Assembly (NCBI GenBank): GCA_965215125.1
Contig: OZ244052.1
Span: forward strand, 1,834,068-1,898,067
Direction of reading: 5' to 3'
DNA length: 64,000 bases
Origin: an uncultured candidatus Porisulfidus sp.
GTDB lineage: Bacteria > Pseudomonadota > Gammaproteobacteria > Poriferisulfidales > Oxydemutatoraceae
Numbering within the stretch: position 1 is the first letter of the stretch; each line of letters opens with the position of its first letter. Of the stretch, positions 43,212 through 54,768 are shown piece after piece. Both the position numbers and the translations under genes were made by a program. A model generated the notes under the pieces. That model searched no databases, was not told the DNA's origin, and worked only from the letters and a program-made list of their open reading frames with translations.

Positions 43212-43287
43212 GTATCAGCCCAACGTATTGTGCGTATGTAGGAGTGCAATATATGCAATCCACCTGGTCATTATCTATGCATCGTAG

Positions 43288-43773
43288 CTACAGGACGGTA
43301 GGGTTCGGTTGGTTGTGATAGACCACATCGGGGTCGAAGGCTTTGTGCTTTTCGGTGAATTGCAGTTTGGGTTTTTCGGGTAAATAGGCACCCAAAGGGA
43401 TTTCCCTATAAAAGCAAGAGCGGTATCCGACATGGCAGCTTGCATCGCCGACGACTTCTACGCGCATCCACAGCGCGTCCTGATCATCGTCGATCAGCAG
43501 TTGCTTGACTTTCTGAACCAGCCCACTCACATCTCCTTTGTGCCATAGGCATTGTCGGCTACGGCTCCAGTAATATGCCTCGCCGTGCTCGATCGTCTTC
43601 AGCAATGCTTCTTTATTCATATAGCCGTGCATGAGTATTTCGCCGCTTTTATAGTCGCTGGTGATTACCGGCACCAGTCCGTCGGCATTGAATTTAGGAG
43701 CCAAGTCGGTTCCCTCTTCGACTTGCTCTACGTTTTTGCGTTCGGCAAAGTTATAGTCTTGTGTATCGGTCAT
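43288..43773 (-). CDS. hisI: Phosphoribosyl-AMP cyclohydrolase (monofunctional HisI)
   Basis: GLVPVI…[10 protein letters not shown]…[18 protein letters not shown]…[28 protein letters not shown] (metal-binding Cys). No HisE domain is fused. Confidence 0.85.
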   Translation of the reverse strand: MTDTQDYNFAERKNVEQVEEGTDLAPKFNADGLVPVITSDYKSGEILMHGYMNKEALLKTIEHGEAYYWSRSRQCLWHKGDVSGLVQKVKQLLIDDDQDALWMRVEVVGDASCHVGYRSCFYREIPLGAYLPEKPKLQFTEKHKAFDPDVVYHNQPNPTVL

Positions 43774-43823
43774 GATATTTCCTCGGCTTTGCGTTTGTCG
43801 GGGTGTCTCAAAAAGCTATTTTA

Positions 43824-44084
43824 TCATGTTCGTTTATCGGGTGGCGGAACCGGATCCCAGCCACCCGGTGCAAATGGATGACAACGAAGCAGGCGTTTGA
43901 CAGTTAGCCATCCCCCTTTAATCGTACCGTACTGTTCAATCGCCTCGAGCGCGTATTCCGAGCAACTCGGGCAGAAGCGGCAGTGCGATGCGAATAGCGG
44001 CGACAGCAGATAGCGATAGGCTTTGATTAACGCTAAAAATGATTTGCGGACTATGGTGCCGATTATTTTCACTGTCGCAACCAC
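43824..44084 (-). CDS. yidD: Membrane protein insertion efficiency factor YidD
   Basis: [49 protein letters not shown]…GGWDPVP. Confidence 0.85.
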   Translation of the reverse strand: MVATVKIIGTIVRKSFLALIKAYRYLLSPLFASHCRFCPSCSEYALEAIEQYGTIKGGWLTVKRLLRCHPFAPGGWDPVPPPDKRT

Positions 44085-45445
44085 TGGGTGCCGGAATCGT
44101 CGTCTTCTAAAACGATGCCGGCTGTGTTTAGATAGTCTCGTATCTCGTCGGCGGTTGCAAAATCTTTACTGCGACGAGCTTGATTTCGTTTGGCAATCAA
44201 GGCTTCTATTTCTTGTTCGGATATTTGTTCTGCGACTGCTTTAGTCGGTGCTTGCCAGCGCAACCATTGACGCGGCTCTTCGTGCAGTAAACCGACGAAA
44301 TTAGCCGAGGCTCGCAACACTGCAGCGTTGGCATCGCGTTCGGATTCCGAAGCGAGACTCACTTCACCTGCCAAACGGTGCAACTCCGAGATTGCCAGAG
44401 GGGTATTTAAGTCGTCGGCTAGTGCTTCGCTAACTTTGGCGTCTACGGTTGCCGGTTGTGATCGGGTGGAAAGCAACAAGCGATACCATTTGTCTAGATT
44501 ATTGCGAGCTTGGTTTAATGCATCGGGTGTCCAATCCAAAGGCTTCTTATAGTGAACGCTCATCAATGCCAAACGCACACATTCACCGTGAAAATTTTGT
44601 AGCACATCGCGCAGCGTGACAAAATTGCCTACCGATTTTGCCATCTTGTCGCCTTTGACAGTGATATAACCGTTGTGCATCCAATAACGCACGAATTGCT
44701 TGCCGTCGTGAGCGCACTCGCTCTGAGCGATTTCATTTTCGTGATGAGGAAAAACCAGATCCATGCCACCGCCGTGAATGTCTATGGTATCTCCCAGCAG
44801 TGCCTCGACCATCACCGAACATTCCAAGTGCCAGCCGGGGCGTCCTCGTCCCCAAGGACTATCCCAACCGATTTGTTCCGGTGTCGAAGGTTTCCATAAA
44901 ACAAAATCCGATGGGTTCTTTTTATACGATGCCGGCTCCACTCGCGCCCCCTCTATAATTTCGTCCAGACTTTGGTGCGATAGGCAACCATAATTTTCGG
45001 CAGTCGCTATCTCGAATAATACATGTCCTTCGGCTTCGTATGCGTGCCCTTTTTGCAATAGTCTTTCGATCATTTTCATCATATCCGAGATGTGTTCGGT
45101 TGCGCGCGGCTCGCTATCCGGTGCTAAGACATTTAAGCTGTCTATATCATGATGGAATGCTTCTGTATAGCGTTGTGTCAGATCGTCTACCGTCAAGTTT
45201 TCGGCACTCGCCGCGTTGATAATTTTATCGTCCACATCGGTGATATTGCGCACATAAGTTACTTCTTTGTATTGTTGTTTGAGCAATCGGTACAATAAAT
45301 CAAATGTAACGATGGGTCGCGCATTACCGATATGTATATAGTTGTAGACCGTCGGACCGCAGACATACATAGATACTCGGTCGGGGCGATGAGGTTTGAA
45401 TATCTCCTTGGTACCGGTCAGTGTATTCGATAAGCGAATCTTCAT
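44069..45445 (-). CDS. cysS: Cysteine--tRNA ligase
   Basis: HIGN (HIGH) motif [18 protein letters not shown]; KMSKS as KMAKSVGNF; zinc-binding Cys. Confidence 0.95.
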   Translation of the reverse strand: MKIRLSNTLTGTKEIFKPHRPDRVSMYVCGPTVYNYIHIGNARPIVTFDLLYRLLKQQYKEVTYVRNITDVDDKIINAASAENLTVDDLTQRYTEAFHHDIDSLNVLAPDSEPRATEHISDMMKMIERLLQKGHAYEAEGHVLFEIATAENYGCLSHQSLDEIIEGARVEPASYKKNPSDFVLWKPSTPEQIGWDSPWGRGRPGWHLECSVMVEALLGDTIDIHGGGMDLVFPHHENEIAQSECAHDGKQFVRYWMHNGYITVKGDKMAKSVGNFVTLRDVLQNFHGECVRLALMSVHYKKPLDWTPDALNQARNNLDKWYRLLLSTRSQPATVDAKVSEALADDLNTPLAISELHRLAGEVSLASESERDANAAVLRASANFVGLLHEEPRQWLRWQAPTKAVAEQISEQEIEALIAKRNQARRSKDFATADEIRDYLNTAGIVLEDDDSGTQWLRQ

Positions 45446-47739
45446 TTTGAGTCGTTATCGGTTCGGGTCTTGGTTTCTATTTGTATTAGCTTGGATTTCC
45501 CCTCTTTGATTTGGGGTGGTTTGGGCTTAAATACATTATCGGGCTTAAATTTTGTTTTAACTGTTTGTGGTTTATCCGAAGGTGGAGTATTTCTGCCGCC
45601 GTGATGAGGGGTTCGTGGGAGTGTTTCTTTAATAGAGTCCCTGGTTGTTTTAACCGTCCGTGTTGTATCGGCAGGTTGCGTATTGACATCGCTACGGTGG
45701 GAGGTTTGCGGCGATGTTCTTTTGATAGAGTCTTTGCTCGTATAGCTACGGCGGTTGGACGATGTGTTTCGATTACGGTCATTTTTATAGTTCGCTTTAG
45801 ACCTCCGATATTGTCCGTGTCTTTCTTTAGACGAACTATACTTTGTTTTATTCCCGGTATTTTGTTGCTGTGTACTACTCGGCTTTGAGTGTGAATCGGT
45901 GCTCGTCTGCACCGGTTTTTTGTAACCCGACTGTCTTTTATTCGAATAACGCGTTTGCGTTTTTTGGTATCGGCTACGATTCTTATGCAAACTTCCGGAT
46001 TTCCCGTCAAAACGTCTGCTTTGTTTTCCATATGTCCGGTGCGCTTGTTTATGCGACCTTTCCTTAGGTGTGAATATAGACGTTAATTTTTTCCACCAGC
46101 TTCCGAAGATCTCGGATAATGTTGCTTTTTCCATTGCAACGACGGTCGGAATGACGGCTGTTTCTTTTTCTAATCCTTTCTCTACTTGGTTTTGTTTTTC
46201 AAACAAGTTATGTTTGGGTAGCGACGAGCGTGTAGACGCCGGCTCATTGTTGTATCCGATACCCTGATTTTCCCTATAGCGCATGATTTTATAATGAGGA
46301 GTTTCTATTTGCGAATCGTGATTTATAGTTACTTTTACATCGTAGCGTTTTTCTATTTCTTTCAATTCGGCACTTTTCTCTCTGATTAAGAATTGATTAA
46401 CTTCGATAGGTACCTGACCTACGACATGTGAGGTTTGAGGTTTCCCGGCTTCTCCTTCTATTAATCGTAACACGACTAGAGCGCAGGATTTTACGGTTCT
46501 TATAAAGCCGCGTCCGTTGCAACGCGGGCATAGTATCTCGCTTTCGTTTTGCAGAGAAGGGCGTAGACGCTGGCGAGACATTTCCAATAAACCGAAATCG
46601 GATATGCGCCCCAATCGCGTCCGCGCACGATCGGCTCTCAATAACCCTCGCAGACGCTCTTCTACTTGACGCCTGTTCTGATGCGGTTTCATATCTATAA
46701 AATCTATTACCAATAATCCTCCCAAGTCTCGCAGACGTAATTGCCGTGCAATTTCGTCGGCTGCTTCCAGGTTGGTTTTTAGTGCGGTCTCTTCTAAATC
46801 TTGTTGTCGTGTCGAGCGTGCCGAATTAATATCTATGGTGGTCAATGCTTCGGTGTGATCCAAAACGATAGCTCCGCCGGACGGCAATTCTATTTCGCGT
46901 TGGTACAAAGTTTCAATTTGTGTTTCTATATGCATACGGTTAAACAACGGGATATCGCCGCTGTATAACTTTAGTTTTTTCTTGTATCTCGGTAGTACCA
47001 TAGATACGAATTCTCTGGTTTCTTCGTAGATTTCTTGGTTGTCTATAATGATTTCATCTATATTTGAACCTAGATTGTTCTGTATAGCTTGCAACACAAT
47101 GTTGGCTTCTTGGTAGATTAAAAAGGGAGCCGAGCGTTCGTTAGAGGTTTTTTGTATTTGTTTCCACAGATAACGTAAATAATCAAGATTCTTTTGTAAG
47201 TCTCTTTTTTCGGCATTCAAGCAAGCGGTGCGCAAGATCAAGCCTTCATTTTTTTCTGTGACAAGTTGACGGCTTATATCAAGCATCCGTTGACGATCTT
47301 CTCCTGAAATACGCTGTGATATGCCGTGCGTGCGTGGCTTGTCGGGTAATAGAACCATATAAAGTCCGCTCAAACTTACATAACTACTGATAGAAGCTCC
47401 TTTGTTCGATATCTCTTCGCGGGCAATTTGCACAATGATTTCTTGCCCTTCTTCGATCAGTTCGTGTACGACTTGCTTGCGAATAGGACCCTTAAAATCA
47501 GCGGTAAAATACCGAGGGCATATCTCCTTAGTGGGTAGGAATCCTTGGCGTGCGCCGCCGTAGTCTACGAATACCGCATTTAAGCTCGGTGCTATAGAAG
47601 CAATAACACCTTTGTATATATTTCCTTTTTTCTGTCTCTTAGTTGCCGCCTCGATATCCAGATTGTATAATTTCTGACCATCTACTATGGCAACACGCAA
47701 CTCTTCCTGTTGCGTTGCATTGACTAAAATTCTTTTCAT
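45442..47739 (-). CDS. rne: Ribonuclease E (catalytic N-terminal half plus Arg/Lys/Ser-rich low-complexity C-terminal scaffold region). Start at MKRILVNATQ…
   Basis: S1 + DNase I-like + Zn-link (CPRCNGRGFIRT) catalytic domain; C-terminal region rich in R/K/S/T/Q repeats. Confidence 0.9.
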   Translation of the reverse strand: MKRILVNATQQEELRVAIVDGQKLYNLDIEAATKRQKKGNIYKGVIASIAPSLNAVFVDYGGARQGFLPTKEICPRYFTADFKGPIRKQVVHELIEEGQEIIVQIAREEISNKGASISSYVSLSGLYMVLLPDKPRTHGISQRISGEDRQRMLDISRQLVTEKNEGLILRTACLNAEKRDLQKNLDYLRYLWKQIQKTSNERSAPFLIYQEANIVLQAIQNNLGSNIDEIIIDNQEIYEETREFVSMVLPRYKKKLKLYSGDIPLFNRMHIETQIETLYQREIELPSGGAIVLDHTEALTTIDINSARSTRQQDLEETALKTNLEAADEIARQLRLRDLGGLLVIDFIDMKPHQNRRQVEERLRGLLRADRARTRLGRISDFGLLEMSRQRLRPSLQNESEILCPRCNGRGFIRTVKSCALVVLRLIEGEAGKPQTSHVVGQVPIEVNQFLIREKSAELKEIEKRYDVKVTINHDSQIETPHYKIMRYRENQGIGYNNEPASTRSSLPKHNLFEKQNQVEKGLEKETAVIPTVVAMEKATLSEIFGSWWKKLTSIFTPKERSHKQAHRTYGKQSRRFDGKSGSLHKNRSRYQKTQTRYSNKRQSGYKKPVQTSTDSHSKPSSTQQQNTGNKTKYSSSKERHGQYRRSKANYKNDRNRNTSSNRRSYTSKDSIKRTSPQTSHRSDVNTQPADTTRTVKTTRDSIKETLPRTPHHGGRNTPPSDKPQTVKTKFKPDNVFKPKPPQIKEGKSKLIQIETKTRTDNDSK

Positions 47740-48102
47740 TATCAACTCTTGTTCTTGCATGGGACAAATACATGGCGCGGCACATTACGAATCTGTGCAA
47801 GAGGGCATACGAACACCTAATTCGCGTTTCTAAATTTTTGATAAATAGTATTTCCGCTAAATTAAACATGTGTCAAAGTCCTATAAATCATCGGTAAATC
47901 TGCTACAAGCGGCACTCGTCTTTGAACGCATGCGCTTGAAATTCAATTCAATCTTATAATTCGGTATTTATATTTATTTATTCAACCGAATGGATTTTAA
48001 CATTATAACATATTCTTGACCCACCGATTTTATCATCTGAACATTGCTTTCTACGCATGGTTTATTGGGTAGAACAAACCATTATCATATATAATAATCC
48101 TC
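47740..48102. promoter_or_regulatory. AT-rich divergent control region: long rne 5' leader plus mlaC promoter
   Basis: 363-bp AT-rich non-coding stretch upstream of rne. E. coli rne has a ~360-nt autoregulatory 5' UTR. Confidence 0.35.
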
Positions 48103-48741
48103 ATGAATTATTACCATAAACTTTTTATACGCGTTAGGCAGAGTGCGATGTTTTTGCTGTTGATAAGTGTGCTTGCCCAACCGGTGTTTGCGCAAAGTTA
48201 CGAAGACGCGAGAGATTTTTTATCCGTTTTAGTGGACGGCGTTATTTCCGAGATCAAAACCAACAAAGCTGCATACCGGAATGATACCGAAAAACTATAC
48301 GAACTGATAGATCAGCGTATACTTGCTGCGGTTGATATGGAATTGTTTGCCAAGTTAACTTTGGGTTCTCACTGGAATGGTGCCTCTGTAACACAACGCC
48401 AATCGTTCACCGAAGCCTTGCATAGGACAATGGTGCGTAGTTATGGGAAATCTTTGTTGCTACTTTCGAGAGTAGAGAAGATAGATTATCCGATACCCGA
48501 GACCGTTAAGCAGGCGCGTTATCAAATAGTAAAAACGATGCTATTTTTTGTCGGCGGTCAAGCTCCGGTTTCTATCAACTACGCGATGTTGTTTAAGGAA
48601 GACAAGTGGGTGATTTTTGATTTGATAGTGGATGGTTTAGGCGTAGGTAAACAGTTTAGGCAAAACTTTGATTTGGAGATTAAAGATAAAGGCTTGGATG
48701 CATTGATAGCACGCCTAAGCCGAGATGGCGAGAGCCTTTAG
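48103..48741 (+). CDS. mlaC: Periplasmic phospholipid-binding protein MlaC (Ttg2D family)
   Basis: Signal peptide MFLLLISVLAQPVFA, then a Tgt2/MlaC-like sequence (…FAKLTLGSHWNGASVTQRQSFTEALHRTMVRSYG…). Confidence 0.75.
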   Translation: MNYYHKLFIRVRQSAMFLLLISVLAQPVFAQSYEDARDFLSVLVDGVISEIKTNKAAYRNDTEKLYELIDQRILAAVDMELFAKLTLGSHWNGASVTQRQSFTEALHRTMVRSYGKSLLLLSRVEKIDYPIPETVKQARYQIVKTMLFFVGGQAPVSINYAMLFKEDKWVIFDLIVDGLGVGKQFRQNFDLEIKDKGLDALIARLSRDGESL

Positions 48742-48761
48742 AATATCCACCCGATTAATAA

Positions 48762-50024
<1,263 letters not shown>

Positions 50025-50039
50025 ACCGGAGAAGAAATT

Positions 50040-50660
50040 ATGACCGGACTTAGAATTGCCTTAGCAAAGGGGCGCCTACTTAAGGCCACGTTGCCGTTGC
50101 TCGACCGTGCCGGTTTGGGCTTACAAGGCAGTTCCGAGGACGAGCGCAAATTGATATTGCTAAGCAAAGACCGAAAGATGGAATTTGTGGTATTGCGCGC
50201 CGCCGATGTAGTGACCTATGTAGAATACGGTGCTGCCGACCTCGGTATAGTCGGCAAAGATATGTTGATGGAAGAAGAAAGTAACAGCATCTACGAGTTA
50301 TGCGATTTAGGTATTGCAAAATGTCGCCTATCGGTAGCCGGTTTGCCCGACCGGCAGCCGAAGTACCGTCCCCGAATTGCAACCAAGTATTGTGTTTCGG
50401 CAAAACGATATTTTGCCGAGCACAATCGTCAAGTTAGCATCATAAAGTTATACGGTTCAATGGAAATGGCACCGGTTTTAGGACTTGCCGATTTGATAGT
50501 TGATTTGGTCGATAGCGGCAAAACCCTTGCTGCGAATGGTCTGCAAGAGCTTGAAAAAATCAGAGATATTAGTGCCCGATTGATTGCAAACAATGCCTCG
50601 ATGAAAATGAAGGATCAAAGCATGAAAGAACTAATAAAAAAAATAACCGACTGTATCTAA
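50040..50660 (+). CDS. hisG: ATP phosphoribosyltransferase, short form (HisZ-dependent type)
   Basis: MTGLRIALAKGRL…; 206 aa with no C-terminal regulatory domain. Confidence 0.9.
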   Translation: MTGLRIALAKGRLLKATLPLLDRAGLGLQGSSEDERKLILLSKDRKMEFVVLRAADVVTYVEYGAADLGIVGKDMLMEEESNSIYELCDLGIAKCRLSVAGLPDRQPKYRPRIATKYCVSAKRYFAEHNRQVSIIKLYGSMEMAPVLGLADLIVDLVDSGKTLAANGLQELEKIRDISARLIANNASMKMKDQSMKELIKKITDCI

Positions 50661-50752
50661 GGTGCTTCGGAAATGTATAGGCTAACCCCAACCGCCTATC
50701 CGGCAACCGACAAAGTTTCTATGATTTATATGGATAGGCTACAATAGGGCAA

Positions 50753-51829
50753 ATGAAATACCCAACAGACGACTTAAGAATAAATGAGATTAAAGATCTT
50801 ATTGCTCCGCAAGATTTGACGAACCGCCTGCCGATTACCGAAGCGGTATCGGAGTGCGTCTACAAATCTCGTCTAGCGATTAAAAATATCCTGCACGGTG
50901 AAGAGCCTCGCATGCTCGTAATCGCAGGTCCTTGCTCGGTTCACGACACGAAAGCGGCACTTGAATACGCCGGCCGTCTGCAACCTTTGATAGAACAATA
51001 CAAAGATAAGTTACATATAGTAATGCGTGTGTATTTTGAAAAACCACGTACCACGGTAGGCTGGAAAGGCTTGATCAACGACCCCGATTTAGACAATAGT
51101 TTTCATATTAATAAGGGTGTGGAAGTTGCCCGCCGGCTTTTGCTGGATTTGAATACCAAAGGCGTATCGGCGGCGACCGAATATCTAGATTTGATCAGTC
51201 CGCAATATATATCGGATTTAATCGCTTGGGGTGCGATAGGTGCTCGTACTACCGAGAGCCAAACTCACCGCGAACTAGCTTCCGGTTTATCTTGTCCGGT
51301 CGGATTCAAAAACGGCACGCACGGCAACATACAAATAGCCGTAGACGCAATGCGCTCGGCATCGCAACCGCATCACTTTTTATCGGTAACCAAAAGCGGA
51401 CACTCGGCTATTTTTTCAACAGCCGGCAATAGTGATTGCCATATCATCATGCGCGGCGGAGGCGGTAAAACCAATTACGACAGCGATAGCGTCGAATACG
51501 CAGCGACTTTGCTCGCCAAGAGCAAACAAACCGAAAAAGTGATGATTGATTTTAGCCATGCCAATAGTAGCAAACAATTCAAACGGCAGAGGATAGCTGC
51601 CGAGGATGTTGCGCAGCAATTACGAGCAGGCGAGCGACGCATTATGGGTGTGATGATAGAAAGCCATTTAGTAGAAGGTCGGCAAGACCTCAAATTCAAT
51701 TCGGACGGCACGCTCGACAGAGAAGGATTGGTCTACGGGCAGAGTATTACCGATGCGTGCATGGGTTGGGACGACACCACCAAAGTATTGGAGATACTTG
51801 CCTCGGCGGTACAAACAGGACCGGCTTAA
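50753..51829 (+). CDS. 3-deoxy-7-phosphoheptulonate (DAHP) synthase, class I (AroG/F/H type)
   Basis: LVIAGPCSVHD, KPRTTVGWKGLINDP, GARTTESQTHRELASG; 358 aa. Confidence 0.92.
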   Translation: MKYPTDDLRINEIKDLIAPQDLTNRLPITEAVSECVYKSRLAIKNILHGEEPRMLVIAGPCSVHDTKAALEYAGRLQPLIEQYKDKLHIVMRVYFEKPRTTVGWKGLINDPDLDNSFHINKGVEVARRLLLDLNTKGVSAATEYLDLISPQYISDLIAWGAIGARTTESQTHRELASGLSCPVGFKNGTHGNIQIAVDAMRSASQPHHFLSVTKSGHSAIFSTAGNSDCHIIMRGGGGKTNYDSDSVEYAATLLAKSKQTEKVMIDFSHANSSKQFKRQRIAAEDVAQQLRAGERRIMGVMIESHLVEGRQDLKFNSDGTLDREGLVYGQSITDACMGWDDTTKVLEILASAVQTGPA

Positions 51830-53136
51830 TGACACTAGCCCTGCAACAGCTGGATGCTTCCGACGCAGACTTCAACGAGCAGATTAAAAAATATGTGGAA
51901 CACGCGCGGATTATCGGTACCGATATTGAAAGTTCGGTACGCTCTATCATCGACGATGTGCGTGATCGCGGCGATGAAGCGATACTGGACTACACCGAGC
52001 AACTCGATCGAATCAAAGCCGAATCGGTATCGGCTTTGCGCATCTCTGCAGAACAAAGATCGCAACTTGCCCAAAGCGTATTGCCCGAATGGTCGGACGC
52101 ACTCGACAAAGCGGCTGCACGTATCCGCCGCTACGCCGAAAAACAACTCGGGCAAGATTGGGAATTCGTCGACGAAATCGGTGTGCACTTAGGACAAAAA
52201 ATCGGAGCAGTAGATGCAGTAGGGCTTTATATACCGGGCGGCAAGGCTGCATATCCGTCGTCGCTTTTAATGAACGCAATTCCTGCCCAAGTCGCCGGTG
52301 TAGAACGTATCGTTGCAATGTTGCCTGCGCCCGGTGGTCACCTCAACCCGTTATTGATGCGTGCGCTGGAGTTGATGCAAATAGACGAAGCGTATACCAT
52401 CGGTGGTGCGCAGGCGATTGCCGCCCTTGCCTACGGCACCCGAACGATTACCCCGGTTTCTAAAATTGTGGGGCCCGGAAACGCTTATGTCAACGAAGCC
52501 AAACGTCAAGTATTCGGCAGAGTGGGTATAGACATGGTTGCCGGACCTTCCGAGATTTTAATCATTGCCGACGGTACTACGCAAGCCTCGTGGCTCGCAC
52601 TGGATTTATTTTCACAAGCCGAACACGACGAACAAGCGCGTGCGATATTGCTATGTCCCGATGCCGACTATCTAGCTCAAGTGCGTTCCGAAATAGATTG
52701 CCTGCTACCGACGATGGCGCGCAATGCAGTCATAGAAGCTGCGCTCAATAATAACGGCTTGCTGGTCAAGGTTGGCAATTTGCAACAAGCGATACAAATA
52801 GCCAATACAATTGCCCCCGAGCATTTGGAACTCGCGGTGGATAATGCCGAACAATGGATAGACCACATAAAAAATGCCGGGGCAGTTTTTATAGGTTCCT
52901 ATAGCTGCGAGGTGTTGGGTGATTATTGTGTAGGTTCAAACCATGTGTTGCCTACCGGCGGCAGTGCGCGCTTCTCTTCTCCGTTGGGTGTCTACGATTT
53001 CCAAAAACGCACGAGTATCGTGCAATGCAATGCAAAAGCTGCGGCGTATCTAGCCGAGATAGCCGAACCACTCGCTACTGCCGAAGGTTTGCATGCCCAC
53101 GCCGCCGCCGCGCGAAGCCGTATAGTTGAACCATGA
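51829..53136 (+). CDS. hisD: Histidinol dehydrogenase (start at ATG 51829, MTLALQQ…)
   Basis: GGAQAIAALAYGT, VGPGNAYVNEAKRQVFGRVGIDMVAGPSEIL, zinc ligands (…SQAEHDEQA…, …CVGSNHVLPTGG). The ORF-track N-terminus (51757-) overlaps the DAHP synthase gene and is rejected. Confidence 0.92.
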   Translation: MTLALQQLDASDADFNEQIKKYVEHARIIGTDIESSVRSIIDDVRDRGDEAILDYTEQLDRIKAESVSALRISAEQRSQLAQSVLPEWSDALDKAAARIRRYAEKQLGQDWEFVDEIGVHLGQKIGAVDAVGLYIPGGKAAYPSSLLMNAIPAQVAGVERIVAMLPAPGGHLNPLLMRALELMQIDEAYTIGGAQAIAALAYGTRTITPVSKIVGPGNAYVNEAKRQVFGRVGIDMVAGPSEILIIADGTTQASWLALDLFSQAEHDEQARAILLCPDADYLAQVRSEIDCLLPTMARNAVIEAALNNNGLLVKVGNLQQAIQIANTIAPEHLELAVDNAEQWIDHIKNAGAVFIGSYSCEVLGDYCVGSNHVLPTGGSARFSSPLGVYDFQKRTSIVQCNAKAAAYLAEIAEPLATAEGLHAHAAAARSRIVEP

Positions 53137-53888
53137 CTTCGTTGAACGATATTGCAAGTTATGCCGATCGCTATTTGCAGATAGAACGCTTTAAGGATTA
53201 TGCCCCGAATGGTTTACAGGTCGACAGCACACGTACTATTCGCTGCATAATATCGGGGGTTACCGCCTCGCAAGCCTTGATAGATGCCGCAGTGGAAAAC
53301 GACGGTGATGCATTGTTGGTACATCACGGTTATTTTTGGCGCAACGAAAATCCTACGATACTCGGGATGAAAGCGAAGCGACTGCGTGCCCTGTTAAAGA
53401 ACGACATCGGGTTGCTCGCTTACCATATTCCTTTGGACGCTCATGACGAAGTCGGCAACAATATGCAACTGGCAAAAAGATTGGATATTTCCTTAAAAGG
53501 TGCCTTTGGTGATTTAGGTGGTATACCGTTGGCGAGGTACGGCACCGTGCCACCGTGCGGTGCCGATGCCCTAGCGAGAAAGATAGAACAGGTTTTGTCC
53601 AGGCCACCGCAACTGATAGCCGGTGGTGGCTCACAAATTGAAACCGTGGGACTTTGTACCGGTGCCGCACAAGACTGCATAGAAGACGCGGCGCGCTTAG
53701 GTTTGGATGCTTATATTAGCGGCGAAATATCCGAGAGAACGGTACACATCGCTAAGGAAGAGGGTATACATTACTACGCTGCCGGGCACCATGCCACCGA
53801 ACGCTACGGAGTACAAGCCCTAGGCAAACATCTAGCCGAACATTTTCGGATTGATCACCGCTATATAGAGATAGACAACCCGGTATAG
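53133..53888 (+). CDS. Nif3-family dinuclear metal-centre protein (YqfO/YbgI-like)
   Basis: NGLQVDS…, LLVHHGYFW, HIPLDAHDEVGNN, C-terminal YYAAGHHATERYG. Confidence 0.85.
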   Translation: MTSLNDIASYADRYLQIERFKDYAPNGLQVDSTRTIRCIISGVTASQALIDAAVENDGDALLVHHGYFWRNENPTILGMKAKRLRALLKNDIGLLAYHIPLDAHDEVGNNMQLAKRLDISLKGAFGDLGGIPLARYGTVPPCGADALARKIEQVLSRPPQLIAGGGSQIETVGLCTGAAQDCIEDAARLGLDAYISGEISERTVHIAKEEGIHYYAAGHHATERYGVQALGKHLAEHFRIDHRYIEIDNPV

Positions 53889-53902
53889 ACCAGCATTACA
53901 AG

Positions 53903-54035
53903 TATAGAGGTGGTCCATTCCCCTCCTATGGAGGGGTGGCAAGCTCTGCTTGACGGGGTGGTCCATTCCCCTCCTATGGAGGGGTGGCAAGCTCTGCTTG
54001 ACGGGGTGGTCTATTCCCCGCCTGTGGAGGGAAAT
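53903..54035. repeat. Tandem array of three R modules (period ~48 bp; third copy degenerate), between convergent nif3 and a lipoprotein gene
   Basis: (ggtccattcccctcctatggaggggtggcaagctctgcttgacggggt) occurs twice, followed by ggtctattccccgcctgtggagggaaatgg. Confidence 0.85.
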
Positions 54036-54044
54036 GGTTTGTCC

Positions 54045-54716
54045 CTACGGTTGTATGATAGGGATGAAAGCGGCTGCGGTACCGATTAGGGTTTTGTTGA
54101 TTATTCGACTGGTTTTATCGGAAATAATGCGCGACATGAGATCTTGGGTGGTGCTGATTTTTTCTATTAAGGCGTAGACATTGTTGGCTTCACCGTAATT
54201 CGTATCTATATGAAATAGCTGCGGTGACATATTTGCTAATTTTCCTTTTAGCAGTTGCAAGTTGTAACTGCTGTTGTATAGTTTTTGAGGATCTATGGTA
54301 TCGGGGATAAAAAATTCTCGCTGATTGTCGTATGAATTCCGGATCATGCTACTAATACCGACCATCAAAGCAAAGACTCTATCACCGTCGTAAGAGTTGT
54401 CCAACGCCAGTTCGATCGCTTTAATTTGCTGTTTGTTGTCAATTTCTCTGTAGGCGACTTCAACGGGGTAATCGACGATTTGATTGAGACGTTGTTCCAA
54501 GCCGATACTCGGTGATTTGGCTAATTCTTTAGGGTTTGTTCTATATAACTCGTGTGCCAATCGTCCGATATAATCGTCCAGACTTCTGACTATGGTGTCG
54601 GCGGCCATGTCTATATCGCTTTTAGCGAGGTTTTTGACTTTGCCTCCACTACACCCGTTGAGTATGAGTGTCATTATCAGGACAAATAGACAAGCGTATA
54701 TTTTTCGGTGTGCCAT
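54045..54716 (-). CDS. Hypothetical lipoprotein (lipobox LNGC), unknown function
   Basis: MAHRKIYACLFVLIMTLILNGCSGG signal/lipobox; no recognised catalytic motif. Confidence 0.5.
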   Translation of the reverse strand: MAHRKIYACLFVLIMTLILNGCSGGKVKNLAKSDIDMAADTIVRSLDDYIGRLAHELYRTNPKELAKSPSIGLEQRLNQIVDYPVEVAYREIDNKQQIKAIELALDNSYDGDRVFALMVGISSMIRNSYDNQREFFIPDTIDPQKLYNSSYNLQLLKGKLANMSPQLFHIDTNYGEANNVYALIEKISTTQDLMSRIISDKTSRIINKTLIGTAAAFIPIIQP

Positions 54717-54768
54717 TGTTCGGAGGGTTATAATATAATAAATTAATTTTATCATTATTCAGAAAACC

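Noticed and set aside
45486-46267. ORFs 45486-46031 (-), 45511-45888 (+) and 46070-46267 (+) inside the rne 3' region
   Set aside because: They overlap the low-complexity C-terminal scaffold region of RNase E; repetitive codons generate spurious alternative frames
51757-51828. hisD start at 51757 overlapping the DAHP synthase gene
   Set aside because: The ATG at 51829, directly after the DAHP synthase stop, yields a conserved HisD N-terminus (MTLALQQLD…). The upstream extension is an out-of-frame overlap
53903-54035. Possible CRISPR array (direct repeats of ~48 bp)
   Set aside because: The units abut directly with no unique spacers, no cas genes are nearby, and the repeat is a member of the dispersed R-module family
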